Positions 44,385 through 56,531 of a DNA stretch of 64,000 nt are shown one piece after another. This DNA comes from an uncultured Actinomycetes bacterium (GTDB lineage: Bacteria; Actinomycetota; Acidimicrobiia; Acidimicrobiales; JACCXE01), in assembly GCA_963769985.1 (NCBI GenBank), contig CAVYNR010000007.1, positions 6,762 through 70,761 on the forward strand, written 5' to 3'. The notes under the pieces are model-generated. The model had not been told where the DNA came from. It saw only the letters and a list, made by a program, of their open reading frames with translations, and searched no databases. Within the stretch, counting starts at the first letter, position 1. Every line of letters begins with the position of its first letter. A program made the position numbers and the translations under genes.

Positions 44385-45192
44385 CTACCAGAGCTGGTCG
44401 GTGTAGGTGTCGGTGCCGACGATCGGTCGGGATGAACGGCGACGCCCACAGCAGCGTGCCGAGCCCGCTCGCCTTGAGCGCGTCGCCTTCCTCGGCGAAG
44501 CGCGGACCACGAGTCGGCCGGGTCGCCGTCGGTGAAGAACAGCAACATGAAGCGCCGCTCGACGCCTTCCTGACGCGCGGCACGTCGCTCGGGGCGTCGG
44601 CCAGCAACGGCATGGGCGAGAAGCGGATGGCCGAGTGCGACGTCGGAGCCGCTCATCAGCTCGGGCAGCCGTGTGTCGCGGTACCAGGCGTCGATCTCCT
44701 CGTGCTCACGCCCTCGGCGAGCTCGCCGACGACCGTCACGATGCCCGCCGAAGCGGTGGTCGAAGGCGAGCTCGAGCCGGCACGCCGTCTGCGTCGCGGT
44801 CTGAACGACCACTCGTAGTTGTAGAGCGACGGTGTGGATGTGGTCGCGCTCGGTGAACATGCGGCCGTTGGCGTGCAGCTTGTTGACCTGGTCGACCGCC
44901 CAGCGGTTCCACTCGCCGTGGTGGCCTTCGAGGACCCAGTAGATCGCGACGTAGGAACCGGTCGAGCGGGTCGGGCGTGATCGGCGAGTCGATCGGATAG
45001 CGCAGGTCCTTGTACGGACGCGTCGCGACGAAGCGCTGGCCGGCGAACTGGTACGGCGCCGACCATGCAGCCGGCGTAGAAGTGGTCGCGCTCGTACCAG
45101 CGGTTGTACGCGACCTCGTGGCCCTTGCGGGGCTCGACGAGCGTGTAGAGCATCGATCCGAGACGGATCTCGTCGGTCTCGTTTCCGGCCAT
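44385..45192 (-). CDS. conserved-looking hypothetical protein, multiple frameshifts
   Basis: ATG 45192: MAGNETDEIRLGSMLYTLVEPRKGHEVAYNRWYERDHFYAGCMVGA, then YQFAGQRFVATRPYKDLRYP, WVLEGHHGEWNRWAVDQVNKLHANGRMFTERDHIHTV, HEEIDAWYRDTRLPELM, FMLLFFTDGDP, ASPFIPT..TDQLW, stop 44385. I cannot name a family. Confidence 0.45.
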
Positions 45193-45193
45193 G

Positions 45194-46778
45194 TCAGCGG
45201 CCTCCGTATTCGTCGCGGCACGGGCTGGCTCGTACTTCAGGACTTTGCCGCTGGCGTTCAGCGGCAACGCGTCGACGACGAACACGCGCCGCGGCACTTT
45301 GTAGTTCGCCATGCGGTCGCGGCTCCACGCGATGCAACTCGTCGGCGTCGGCGCCGGACCGTGGCCGCGGCACGACGAACGCCACGCCGACTTCGCCCAG
45401 GCGCTCGTCGGGCGCGCCGACTACCGCGGCCTGCGCGATCTGCGGATGGCCGAGCAGCGTGTTCTCGATCTCGGCCGGATACGCGTTGAAGCCGCCGACG
45501 ATGAACATGTCCTTCAACCGGTCCGTGATCTTGATGTACCCGCGGTCGTCCATCGTGCCGATGTCGCCGGTGTGCAACCAGCCGTCGGCGTCGATCGCCT
45601 CCGCGGTCGCCTCGGGGTTCTCGAAGTAACCGCGCATCACGTTGTAACCGCGCACGAGGATCTCGCCGGGCTCGCCGCGGGCAATTCGTGGTTGCTCTCG
45701 TCGACGATGCGCACCTCGGTGTCGGGGATGGCGCAGCCCGACGTGGTCGCGATCGTCTCGGGGTCGTCGCCCTCGGCCGGCAGATCGACGACGACGCCGG
45801 TCGACTCCGTCAGCCCGTACGCCGTCACGATGGTCTTGTAGGTCAACTCGTTGCGCATGCGCACGATCATCTCGACGGGTACGGGCGCCGCGCCCGTCAC
45901 ACACAAACGCAGCGACGACAGGTCGAACGATGTCCGCGTTCGGGGTGGTCGAGGATCGACTGGTGCAGCGTCGGGCGGACCGGGCAGCATCGAGATGCGT
46001 TCCTCGGCGATGCGGGCGAGCACCGTCGGCACGTCGAACACCGGGTGCGGCACGATCGTCGCGCCCTTGATGAGGCACGCCAGGAAGCCGGCCTTGAAGC
46101 CGAACGTGTGGAAGAACGGGTTGACGATCAGGTAGCGGTCGCCTTCGGTCAGCCCGACGATCGACGCCCACTGTTCGAACACCCGCAGCGTCTGGCCGTG
46201 CGTGGTGACCACGCCCTTGGGCCGGCCCGTCGTGCCGGAAGTGAAGATCAGGTCGGACATGTCGTCGGCGGTGAGCGCGGCGATGCGCGTGTCGACCTCG
46301 GCCCACGCGCTCGTCGACGCCGCGCCGGCGGTCAGGAAGTCGTCCCACGACGCCGTCTCGGAACACGACAGTGCGCTCGAGATGCGGCAGGTCGATGCCC
46401 TCGAGCATCGGCGGGATAGTCCGTATCGAGGAATCCAGCGATGGTGAAGAGGAACTCGCGCCTTGCTGGCGTTCAGCACGAAGGCCGCCTCGTCGCCCTT
46501 GAAGCGGGTGTTGATGGGCACGACCACGCCGCCGGCGGCGAGCACGCCGAGCGCGGCGATCGATCCACTCGCCGACGTTCGGCGCCCAGATCGCGGCCCG
46601 CTCGCCTGGCTCCAGCCCGGCCGCAACCGCGGCGGCCGCGGCACCGTCGACCGCGGTCGGAGAGCTCGGCAAAGCTCAGCCGCGAGTCGCCGTCGACCAG
46701 CGCTTCGGCGTCGCCAAATTGTTCGGCGGCGCGTCGCACCAAGCGAGGGATGCTGCCCCACTCGAGATCGCCGCGCAC
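45194..46778 (-). CDS. fadD3: HIP-CoA-type acyl-CoA synthetase (FadD3-like), several frameshifts
   Basis: [130 protein letters not shown] match my recollection of Rv3561. Confidence 0.75.
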
Positions 46779-46780
46779 GC

Positions 46781-47121
46781 CTACAGCCGGTCGAAGATGA
46801 CGTCGGGCTCTTCGGTCAGCACGAATTCGAGGCGTGACGGTGTCGAGGAACTTCTCGATGTCGGCCGCGATCTCCGCGTAGTCGGGCTCGCGCAACGACG
46901 CGTAGAACGTCGTCGACCGACTCGTACCACTGGACGGTCACGCCGTCGTAGCCGTCGGTATCTTTTTCTTCCCGAACTACGTGGTTCTGCTCGTAGCGCA
47001 ACACGTGCGACCCGTTCTGTCGTGCGCGCGATCAGCGGGCCGTGCACGTCGCGCCAGTAGCGGTGGAAGTCGTCGGCCGACATTCCCGGCTTGCGGCGGA
47101 CGAAACAGATCAGCTTGATCA
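46781..47121 (-). CDS. EthD-domain protein, about 2 frameshifts
   Basis: The ATG at 47121 overlaps a TGA (ATGA): MIKLICFVRRKPGMSADDFHRYWRDVHGPLIA, then VLRYEQNHVVREEKDTDGYDGVTVQWYESVDD, then LEFVLTEEPDVIFDRL. Confidence 0.6.
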
Positions 47122-48104
47122 TGTGAGGTTGGGCATGACCTTCGACGCCGATGAGCTCGAGGCTCGACCACGCCTGGTCCGGCGGCATGCCACCGATCAG
47201 TGGATGCAGCACCAGCGATCCCATCGGGCCGAGTTCGTTGGCCACCTTGACGCACTCTTCGGGCGTGACGATCAGGTAATTGCCTTCGGCGCGCAGCTCG
47301 TCGACGGTGGTCGCGTGCGAGTGCACGTGGCTCGTCTGCCCCGGCAGCTGCCAGGACGCGTACACCATCGTCTCGTAGAGGAGGTACTCGCCGATCTCCG
47401 CCCACGCCTTGTCGGGGTCCTCGGCGACGTGCACGAACCCCGGCCCGCTGGGGAGCAGCACCATGCCGGGCGACGTGCCGAGCCGCGCGCACTCGTCCGT
47501 GTAGACCTGCTGCAACGCGGGATCACCGAGCGCGGGAAAGAACGACATGCCGTGCTTGGCGGCGCGCTTGGCCGCGTTGGGCGACGATCCGCCGATGAAG
47601 ATCATCGGGTGGGGCTGGCTCATCGGCTTCGGCGTCACCGGCACGGTGCGGCCTTGGTACTCGAAGGGTTCGCCCGTCCACGCCTGCTTCAGCACGCCGA
47701 GCATTTCGTCGAACTCCTTGCCGCGCCCCTTCCATTCCTTGTCGAACATCGCGTACTCCGACGGGCGGTAGCCGAGGCCGAGCACGAGCGACAGCCGCCC
47801 GCCGCTGGCGAGATCGAGCACGGCGATGTCTTCGGCCAGGCGCAGCGGGTCGTGCAGCGGCGCGAGCACGGCGGCGATGTTGATCATGATGTTCTTCGTC
47901 GCGCCGGCGATCGCTCCGGCCATGACCATCGGCGACGACAGGTATCCGTCGTCGACGCCGTGGTGCTCGGACACGATCACGCTGGCCAGCCCGTTCTGGC
48001 TCGGCCCACTCCGACTGTTCGAGCGCCGTGCGGTACAGCTCGCCGGCGACGCCGGCGAGATCGCCGGGCGGCGCATGTCGAATCGCATCACGAACAGTGG
48101 CCAT
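47118..48104 (-). CDS. LLM-family flavin-dependent oxidoreductase, about 2 frameshifts
   Basis: ATG 48104 with AAGGAG upstream: MATVRDAIRHAPPGDLAGVAGELYRTALEQSEWAE, then the bulk of ORF 46781..48091 (VIVSEHHGVDDGYLSSP...LDLASGGRLSLVLGLGYRPSEY). The expected end, EVMPNLT-stop, is reachable by a 1-nt shift. Confidence 0.7.
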
Positions 48105-49772
48105 CAGATACTCCTTAAGGATTGGGGACGAGGTTGGCGCGGCCGTGCGTCGTCGAACTCGGCGTGAAGGGCGGTGCGGTCGGCGTCGGTCATCGGGCGA
48201 TAGCTCGGGTCGCCGCGCCCGGCGCGCCAGAACACGGCGATCGTCGGTGATCCACGCCTGCGGCGCGGAGCCCGGTCTTCATGCACCTTGTTGGATCCGG
48301 TCAGCGGCATGTGCGCGACGACGCGCACGAACCGCGGCGCCCACTTCGTGCCGAGGTCGGGTTGCGCGGCGAGAAACGCCGCCGAACGCGTCGCCGTCGA
48401 ACGCCGCGTCCGATGCGCAGCTCGATTGCCGCCATCACTTGGTCGCCGCTCAACGCGATCGGGCACGGCGTACACCGCGGCGGCCGCCACGCCGTCGAGG
48501 CGCGACAGGATGCGCTCGACGGGCGCGGCGGCGAAGTTCTCGCCGTCGACGCGCAACCAGTCGGCGGAGCGACCGGCGAACCAGAAGAACCCCTTGTCGT
48601 CGCGATATGCCAGATCGCCGCTCCAGTACCAGCCGTTGCGCGACCGCTCGGCGAAGGCTTCGTCGTTGCGGTAGTAGCCCTCGAAGCGCTCGAGGCCTTC
48701 CTTGTTGACGATCTCGCCGGTGGCCTCTTCGGCGTTGAGCAGGCGGCCGCCGCCGTCGAAGTCGCGCCGGCGGGCACTCCTGCATCGTCTCGGGGTTGAC
48801 CACCATCACGCCGGGCGCATCCCACGCCGAGCGAGCCGGCGCGGCATGTCGGGCACGCGCAGGATCACGGCGCCGCCTTCGCTCGATCCGTAGCCCTCGA
48901 TGATGCGGCAGCCGAAGCGCGCTCTGGAACCGTTCGATGTCGAGGTCGGACGCTTCGTTGCCGAAGCCGCGCTCGAGCGTGTTGTCGGCGTCGTCGGGCT
49001 GCCGCCGGGCGTGCCGAGCACATAGGTCAGCGCCTTGCCGACGTAGGTGAAGTACGTCGCCTGGTAGCGACGCACGTCGCGCAGGAACCCGCTGGCGGAG
49101 AACTTCGGCGTGAGCGCGACGGTGGCACCGGCGCGCACCGCCGGTGCCCACAACGCCATCAGCGCGTTGCCGTGGAACAGCGGCATCGGCGCGTAACAGA
49201 CGTCGTTGCGGTTGACGCCGTACTGCGCCTCGACCCGCTCGGCGATCGACGCCAGCCGGCCCTGCGTGCACCGCACCGCCTTGGGCGCGCCCGTGGTCCC
49301 CGACGTGAACAGCAGCAGCAACAGCGGCTCGACTGGTCAACTCGCGTTCTGCATCCGGCACCGGCGTGTCGGCGTCGATTCGCAGAACCAGTTGCTTGTA
49401 CTCGGTGGAACCGATGTCGAGGACGCGGTCGGCGTCGACGCCGATGTCGAGGCCGTCGAGCGTCGCTGCGCCGGTCGGCGTCGGTGACGATGAGCTGGCA
49501 GTCGGTGTGGCGAATGTCGTTGGCCAAGCTCGGCACCGCGGCGCGTCGGGTTGATGCCGACGACGACCGCGCCCGCCAGCGCCGCGCCGCCGATCCAGAA
49601 CAGGAACTCGGGCACGTTGTCGAGCAGCACGCCGACGTGCGGCGGCCCGTCGACGCGCAGCGCGTCGAACAGCGCCGCGCGCGGTCGCGCTCTCGCGCAC
49701 GACCTCGTCCCACGTCCACGACTCGTCGCCGGCGCGCAGACCGATGTGGTCGTCGCCGGCCCGCGCCGCCAA
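48104..49772 (-). CDS. fadD17: acyl-CoA synthetase (FadD17-like), many frameshifts; N-terminus may extend to about 49797
   Basis: LLLLFTSGTTGAPKAV, IIEGYGSSEGGAVI, GWYWSGDLAYRDDKGFFWFAGRSADWLRVDGENFAAAPVERIL, GDQVMAAIEL, FLAAQPDLGTKWAPRFVRVVAHMPLTGSNKV are spread across frames. Confidence 0.65.
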
Positions 49773-49799
49773 CAGACCGGCGACGGTCGAAGTCCTCCG

Positions 49800-51345
49800 C
49801 TACACTGGAGAACCGGGAACGCAGTTCGTGCTTGAGCACTTTGCCCGTCGGGTTGCGCGGCAACGCGTCGACGTACTCGACCTGCTCGGGCACCTTCTGG
49901 ATCATCAGGCCCTTGCCGGTGAGGAAGTCGGCGATTTCCTTCAGACCGACCTGCGCCATCGGCGTCGGCGGGCACGACCACGGCGCACGCGATCTCCGCC
50001 CGCGAGGGGTCGGGCAGGCCGATCACCGCGACATCGGCGATCTTGTCGTGCGTGAACAGCAGGTCTTCGACTTCTTTGGCGCTGATGTTCTCGCCCTTGC
50101 GGATGATGATGTCCTTGAGGCGACCGGTGATGCGCACGTTGCCGTCGGCGTCGATCACGCCGAGGTCGCCGGTGCGGAACCAGCCGTCCTCGTCGAACGC
50201 GTCGGCGTCGAGCGACGGGTCGAGGTAGCCCTTCATCAGCTGCGGCGCCTTGGCGCGGATCTCGCCTTCTTCGCCGATGCCGGCGACCTTGCCTTCGAGC
50301 GTGACGGCGCGCAGCTGCCACGCCGCGCGTGGCGCGGCCTTCGGTGTCGGCGCGAGCACTTCGTCGGTGTCGGTGACGCTGCGCCATGGCGATGATCGGC
50401 GCCTCGGTGAGCCCGTAGCCCGACACGATGCCGACGCCGCCGAGTTCGTTCTTCAGGTCGTAGTGCAGCTGCGGCGGCTTGGGCGCGCCGCCGCCAGGGA
50501 AGGCGCGCACGTTCGGGAACAGCTTCGTCGTCCGGGCTGCGCGCGCTGCGCGGCGAGGTACGCCATGTGGAACGTCGTGCCCGAGCCGGCGAGCGTGACG
50601 CCTTCGCGCTGCCAGCACCGGCGGCGTGGTCACGGGATCGAACGCCTCGACGAGGATCGTGCGGCAGCCTTCGAGCAGCGTCGAGAACAGCCACGTGATC
50701 CCGCCGATGTGCGTGAAGGGGAACACCAGCCCGCTGCGGTCGTCGGCGGTGAGCGCGATGCGCTCGTTCATCGCGATGGCCGTCGCCATGATCGTGGCGT
50801 CGGTGTGCTGCGCGCCCTTCGGGTCGGCGGTCGTGCCCGACGTGTAGAAGAGCCAGCGGACGGGGTCGTCGTCTGCTCGAGCGGCCGCAGGCGGCAGCAG
50901 CGACGGATCGCCGCCCGGCAGCTCCTTGTCGGCGGTGAGCACGTCGAGGCCGTCGACCTCGCCCGCGATCTCGTTGGCCATGGCGAGGAAGTCGAAGCCG
51001 CGCCACTCGCTCGGCACGACCAGCAGCTTGCGTCTTGGCCTGCTGGCACACGAAGGCGACCTCGCGCTTGCGGTAGATCGGCAGGATCGGGTTCTGCACC
51101 GCGCCGAGGCGGGCCAGCGCGCCGACGAGCACGAACGACTCGATCCACGTCGGCAGCTGCCACGACACCACGTCGCCCTGGCCGACGCCGTGCGCGGCGA
51201 ACCCGGCGGCGGCGCGCTCGACGGCTTCGCGGTACTCGGCGAAGGTCATCGTCCGCTCGTCTTGGTCGACGAGCATCACGGCGTCGGGCGTCGCCGCCGC
51301 CCGCTTGGTCGATGAGATCGACCAGAGTCCGGTGGCCTCGATCAT
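49800..51345 (-). CDS. AMP-dependent acyl-CoA synthetase/ligase, several frameshifts
   Basis: ATG 51345: MIEATGLW.... Then WLFYTSGTTADPKGAQHTD, GIVSGYGLTEAPII, GWFRTGDLGVIDADGNVRITGRLKDIIIRKGENISAKEVE, LPRNPTGKVLKHELR. The stop is assigned to TAG 49800 after a frame change. Confidence 0.65.
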
Positions 51346-53079
51346 CTGCGCCGCTCCTGTGAGGACGGTTTCGGTGTCGCGGCCCGAGCGCAGGATCGCG
51401 CCCGGCGTGGCGCCGGTCGCCTTGCCGTCGGCGACGGTCTCGACGCCGTTGACGAGCACGCGCACGACGCCGATCGAATCGGCGGTCAGGCGCTTGGCGT
51501 CGCCGGGCAGGTCGGCCACGAGCGTGGCGGGCTCGGAGTCGATGGTCGCGGGGTCGAACACGACGAGGTCGGCGTGGTTGCCGACTTCGATGCGGCCGCG
51601 GCCCTTGAGCCCGAACAGCCGCGCCGGCGCGTCGGTGATCATCTGGATCGCCTTCTCGACGGGCACGAGCTTGCGGCCGCGCAGCATGTCGCCGACGAAC
51701 CGCGTCGTGTACGGCGCGCCGCACATGCGGTCGAGGTGGGCGCCGGCGTCGGAGCCGCCGAGCATGGCCCGGTCGTCCTCCCACACCTGCTGGCGCAGCT
51801 CCCACGTGTCGGGGTCGTTGTCGGGCGGCATCGGCCACAGCACCGTGCGCAGTTCGTCGTTGCACACGATCTCGACGAGCACGTCGAACGGGATCGCCGC
51901 CGCGCTCGTCGGCCACGTCCTGCACGACGCGGCCCTTCAGCCCCTCGTTCTGCGGCGAGTAGGTGTCGCCGATGACGTACTTGCCGAAGTAGGTGAGGCG
52001 CTTGAACACGCCCGCTTCCTTGCTGCGGCCCTTCTCGATCAGCTCCTTGCGCACCTCGGGGTCGCGCAGCTTCTCCATGCGCTCGGCGACGGGCAGGCTC
52101 ATCACGTCTTGCCATCCGGGGATGAGGAACAGCGCGCAGTGCGTGCCGAAGCTCATGTTCATCGGCACGAGCACCGGCATGGTCAGCGCCACGATCTCGC
52201 CGCCCGCGTTCGCGCGCCTGCGTCGACGCGTCGAGTTGGCGCGTCACACGTTCGGGCACGCGGGCGTCGACGGTCAACACGTTCCAGTTGATCGGGCGGC
52301 GCGCCGCCACGCTCATGCCGACGAGCAGGTCGATCTCGTCGTCGCTGAACTGGTCGAGGCAGCCCTGCACGATGCCCTCGAGCGTCGTGCCTTCGTGCTC
52401 GCCGGTGACGCGTGCACAGGCGCAGCAGTTCTTCGGGCGTCGCCCAGCGCGACGCGACCGGTTGGCCGTCGCCGTCGGAGTGGGTGCTGGACAGCGTGGT
52501 CGAGAAGCCGAGCCCGCCGGCGCGATCGACTCGCCGCAGCACGCGCGCCATCTCGTCGAGCTGCTCGGGCGTGGCTTCGTTGCCGATGGCGTCGGCGCCC
52601 ATCACGTAGCGGCGCAGGCCGCAGTGGCCGACGAGGAACCCGGCGTTGACCGCGGTGTTGCCGTCGAGCGCGTCGAGGTACTCGCCGAACGTCTCCCAGC
52701 TCCACGGCACGCCCGTCTCGAGCGCTTCCAGCGGCATGCCTTCGACCTTGGCCATCATGCGGCGGATGTAGTCGCCGTCCTCGGCGCGGATCGGCGCCAG
52801 CGTGAAACCGCAGTTGCCGCCGATGACCGTGGTCACGCCGTGCACGTTCGACGGCGTGGCGAACGGGATCCCAGAACAGCTGGGCGTCGTAGTGCGTGTG
52901 CGGGTCGACGAAGCCGGGGCAGACGATCGAGCCCGTCGGCGTCGAACACGGTCTCGGCGGCCTCGTCGATGTCGCCGACGCCGACGATCATTCCGTCCGC
53001 ACGCCGACGTTGCCGACGTAGCCCGGAGCGCCCGTTCCGTCGATGATGGTGGCGCCTCGCGAACGAGGTAGTCGAGCAT
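51342..53079 (-). CDS. large metal-dependent amidohydrolase (N-acyl-D-amino-acid deacylase family-like), several frameshifts
   Basis: MLDYLVR/GATIIDGTGAPGYVGNVGV, PGFVDPHTHYDAQLFWDP, NVHGVTTVIGGNCGFTLAP, LGGSDAGAHLDRMCGAPYTTRFV, GNHADLVVFDPATI. Confidence 0.65.
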
Positions 53080-53093
53080 CGCGCTGGATAGTA

Positions 53094-53110
53094 TCTGACG
53101 CACCGTCAGG
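53094..53110. promoter_or_regulatory. palindromic operator candidate TCTGACgcaccGTCAGG (site 5 of 7, perfect core)
   Basis: Lies in the divergent gap between the amidohydrolase-led 10-kb operon (-) and the LLM at 53129 (+). Confidence 0.6.
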
Positions 53111-53128
53111 AATCACATCGGAGGCACT

Positions 53129-53992
53129 TTGCGGCATCGGCATCACGACGTTCGTGACGGATTACACGATCGACATCGTGACGCTTGGCGCGGGCCGTCG
53201 AGGAGCGCGGGTTCGCCTCGTTGTACCTGCCCGAGCACACCCACATCCCGGCGAGTCGCGGCGACGCCGGCGCCGACGGGTGACGAGAGCTCGGCCAGGC
53301 GTACAGCCACCTGGTCGACCCGTTCGTGTCGCTGGCCGCGGCGGCCGCGGTGACCTCGACGCTCACGCTCGGCACCGGCGTGTCGCTGGTGGCGCAGCAC
53401 GACCCGATCGATGCATGGCCAAGCAGGTCGCCACGCTCGACGACCTCTCGCGGCGGCCGGTTCGTGCTCGGCGTCGGGCTTCGGCTGGAACCGCGAGGAG
53501 ATGGCGTCCCACGGCGTCGACTACGCGCCGCCGCCGCGACGTCGTGCGCGAGAAGGTGCTCACGATGAAGGCGCTGTGGCGCGACGACGAGGCGTCGTTC
53601 GGCGGCGAGCACGTGCAACTCGAGCCGAGTTGGCAGTGGCCCAAGCCCGTCCGCGGCGACGTGCCGGTCCTCATCGGCGGTGCCGCGGGCCCGAAGCTGT
53701 TCGCCGCCATCTGCGACTACGCCGACGGCTGGATCCCGATCGGCGGCGCCGGTCTGTCGAAGACGTTGCCCGAGTTGCGCGCGCAGTTCGAAGCCGCCGG
53801 CCGCGATCCGTCGACGCTGCGCTGCGTGCCCGTTCGGCACGATCCCCGACGCCGGCAAGCTCGATCACTACCGCGTCCTCGGCATCGACGAAGTCGTCCT
53901 GCGCATCAACGAAGGCCCGACTGACGACGTCCTCCGCCGCTCGACCTCGCACCGCGGTCCTGCGAGCTGGTCGCGTCACTCTTCGGGCGTAG
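53129..53992 (+). CDS. LLM-class (likely F420-dependent) oxidoreductase, about 4 frameshifts; ends approximate
   Basis: GITTFVTDYTIDIVTLG, AVEERGFASLYLPEHTHIPASR, LTLGTGVSLVAQHDPI, KALWRDDEASFGGEHVQLEPSWQWPKP...ADGWIPIGG. GGAGG lies upstream of TTG 53129. Confidence 0.6.
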
Positions 53993-55072
53993 ACGGCGAA
54001 CTGATCGCTGATCGACAGGACGCCGCGGGCGACGTCGCCGTGGTGGAGGTCGTCGATGGCGGCGTGGACGTCGTCGAGCTTGTAGGTCTTGGTGACGAGC
54101 TCGTCGAGCTTGAGGCGGCCGGCGAGGTACAGGTCGACGATCATCTTGAAGTCGTGGTGCGGACGGGCCGATCCGTAGCGGCAGCCCATGATCGTCTTGT
54201 CGAGGTACATCGACGACACGTTGAACGCGGCCTCGGTCCCCTGCGGCGGCACGCCGAGGATCACGCACGTGCCGGCCCAGTCGAGCAGGTCGATCGCGGT
54301 GCGGATGAGCGCGGGGTGGCCGACGCACTCGAACGCGAAGTCGACGCCGGCCGTTGCAGATCGCCTTCACGCCCTCGGTCGGCGTCGACCTTCGACGCGT
54401 CGACGAAGTGCGTGGCGCCGAACGCGCGCGCCAACTCTTCCTTCGCCGGGTTGGTGTCGACGGCGATGATCGGCAGCGCGTCGGCGAGGCGCAGGCCCTG
54501 GATCACGTTGAGGCCGATGCCGCCGACGCCGATGACGACGGCCGATTGGTCGTGCGTCACCTTCGCCCGGTTCAGCACCGCGCCGACACCGGTGACGACG
54601 CCGCAACCGATCAGCGACGCCACCTCGAGCGGCACGCCCTTGTCGATGGGCACGCACTGGTTCGCCTTGACGACCGTGTACTCGGAGAACGACGACACGT
54701 TGGCAAACGCGTAGGCCGGTTCACCGTCGAGCGTGAACGGCTGCGGGCGCTGACCGAACGTCGAGCGGCACATCGTGGGATGGCCCGACGTCGCAGTACC
54801 GACACGCGCCGCAGTTGCCGAGCGTGGACAGCACGACGTGGTCGCCGACCTTCACCGACGTGACCGCCGACACCGATCTCCTCCACGACGCCCGCGCCTT
54901 CGTGACCGAGCACGACCGGCGTCGGGAACGGGATCGTTCCTTCGATCACCGACAGGTCGCTGTGGCACACACCCGACGCAGCGATGCGCACGCGGACTTC
55001 GTTGGCGCCGGGGTCGCGTACCTCGATGTCACGGACCTTCGTTTCGGTCCCGTCGAAGACGACGCCTCTCAT
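53976..55072 (-). CDS. zinc-dependent alcohol dehydrogenase (class III/medium-chain type), about 4 frameshifts
   Basis: The ATG at 55072 overlaps the ALDH TGA (ATGA): MRGVVFDGTETKVRDIEVRDPGANEVRVRIAASGVCHSDLSVIEGTIPFPTPVVLGHEGAGVVEEIG. Then SAVVIGVGGIGLNVIQG and ILGVPPQGTEAAFNVSSMYL. Confidence 0.7.
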
Positions 55073-56531
55073 GTTGCCCACACCACCGACTGCAGCTCGC
55101 TGTACGCGTGCAGGCCGAACGACCCGCCGTCGCGCCCGACGCCGCTCATCTTGAAGCCGCCGAACGGCGCCTCGTGGTTGCGCTGCGCGGTGTTGATGCC
55201 GACGTTGCCCGAGCGCAGTCGCTTGGCCACGTCCATGCCCTTGCTGTCGTCACCGGTGAACACGTAGTCGTACAGGCCGAACGGGGTGCTGTTGGCCAGC
55301 GCGATCGCCTTCGTCGTCGTCGTCGAAGGCCAGGGCGACGACGACCGGGCCGAAGATCTCTTCCTGCACCGGCGTCATGCCCTGCCGGCAGCCGGCAAGC
55401 AGCGTCGGAGCGACGTAGTAGCCCGGCGCGATGTCAGGGCGTTCGCCACCGGCGAGGACCTCGGCGCCCTCGTCGCGACCTGTCTTCACGTAGCCCTCGA
55501 TGCGGTCGCGGGCGGCGGCAGAGATGACCGGGCCGACGAGCGTGTCGGGCGCCAGCGGGTCGCCCACCTTCAGGTACTTCGCCGCCGCCGCCAGCTTCTC
55601 GACCAGCTGGTCGTAGATGCCGCGCTGCGCGATGACGCGCGTCGGCGCCGTGCAGATCTGGCCGGAGTGGAAGCCCCACGTGCTGGCGATGCCGCCGACG
55701 GCGAGCGTCGACCGACGCGTCGTCGAACACGAGCGCCGCGCCCTTGCCGCCGAGTTCGAGCAGCAGCCGCTTCATCGTGCGCGCCCCCGCTTCGGCGATG
55801 CGCACGCCGACGCTCGTCGAGCCGGTGAAGCTGATCATGTCGACGTCGGCGCGACTCGACCAGCGCCTCGCCCGTCTCGGGCGTCGAACCGGTCACGATG
55901 TTTACGACGCCCGGCGGAAAGCCCGCTTCTTCGAGCACGGCGACCAGTTCGAGCACGGCGAGCGGGTTCTGCGGCGCCGGCTTGATGACGCACGTGTTGC
56001 CCATCGCCAGCGCCGGGCCGATCTTGCCCGCCGCGTTCACGATCGGGAAGTTGTACGGCGTGATGCACGCGACGACGCCGACGGGTTGGCGGATGGCGAC
56101 CGCGCCGACGATGCCGCCGGGCGCGAGCGCGGTGGCCTGCGCCTGCTGCGGTGGCAGCGGGATCTGGTTCGGCTCGACCTGCGCGTAGCGACGGAAGCGC
56201 TGCGCCACGATCGGCACCTGCATCGTCGACGCGACGCGCATCGTCGCGCCGGTCTCGGCCTGCACCAGCGGCACCAGTTCGTCGTTGCGCGCCATCAGCA
56301 GATCGGCGGCGCGCGTGCAGCAGCGCGGCACGCTCGTGCTGCGACGTGCGCGACCACGGCCGAACGCGTCGCGCGCCGCCGCCGCCGCCGCTTCGGCGTC
56401 CGAGCGCGAGCACTCGGGCGCGTGGCCGACCACTTGCTCGGTGGCCGGGTTGATGACGTCGTAGGTGCCCTTGCCCGCCTCGACCCACTCGCCGCCGATG
56501 AAGACCGTGCCCGGCTTCGTTTCCCGGTCAT
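55069..56531 (-). CDS. NAD(P)-dependent aldehyde dehydrogenase, about 5 frameshifts
   Basis: MTG/ETKPGTVFIGGEWVEAGKGTYDVINPATEQVVG (needs one extra G in the run at 56523-56525), VACITPYNFPIVNAAGKIGPALAMGNTCVIKPA, FTGSTSVGVRIAE, LLLELGGKGAALVFDDA, EEIFGPVV. Confidence 0.7.

Noticed and set aside
44656-45312. Apparent in-frame fusions across gene junctions: fadD3-like to hypothetical here, and also amidohydrolase to ligase at about 51345, DUF35 to ACAD at about 30539, and LLM to EthD at about 47121
   Set aside because: In each case a stop overlapping the downstream start (TGAcATG, ATGA, TAATG, ATGA) exists one frame away, and indels are rampant. Separate genes are more parsimonious than fusions.
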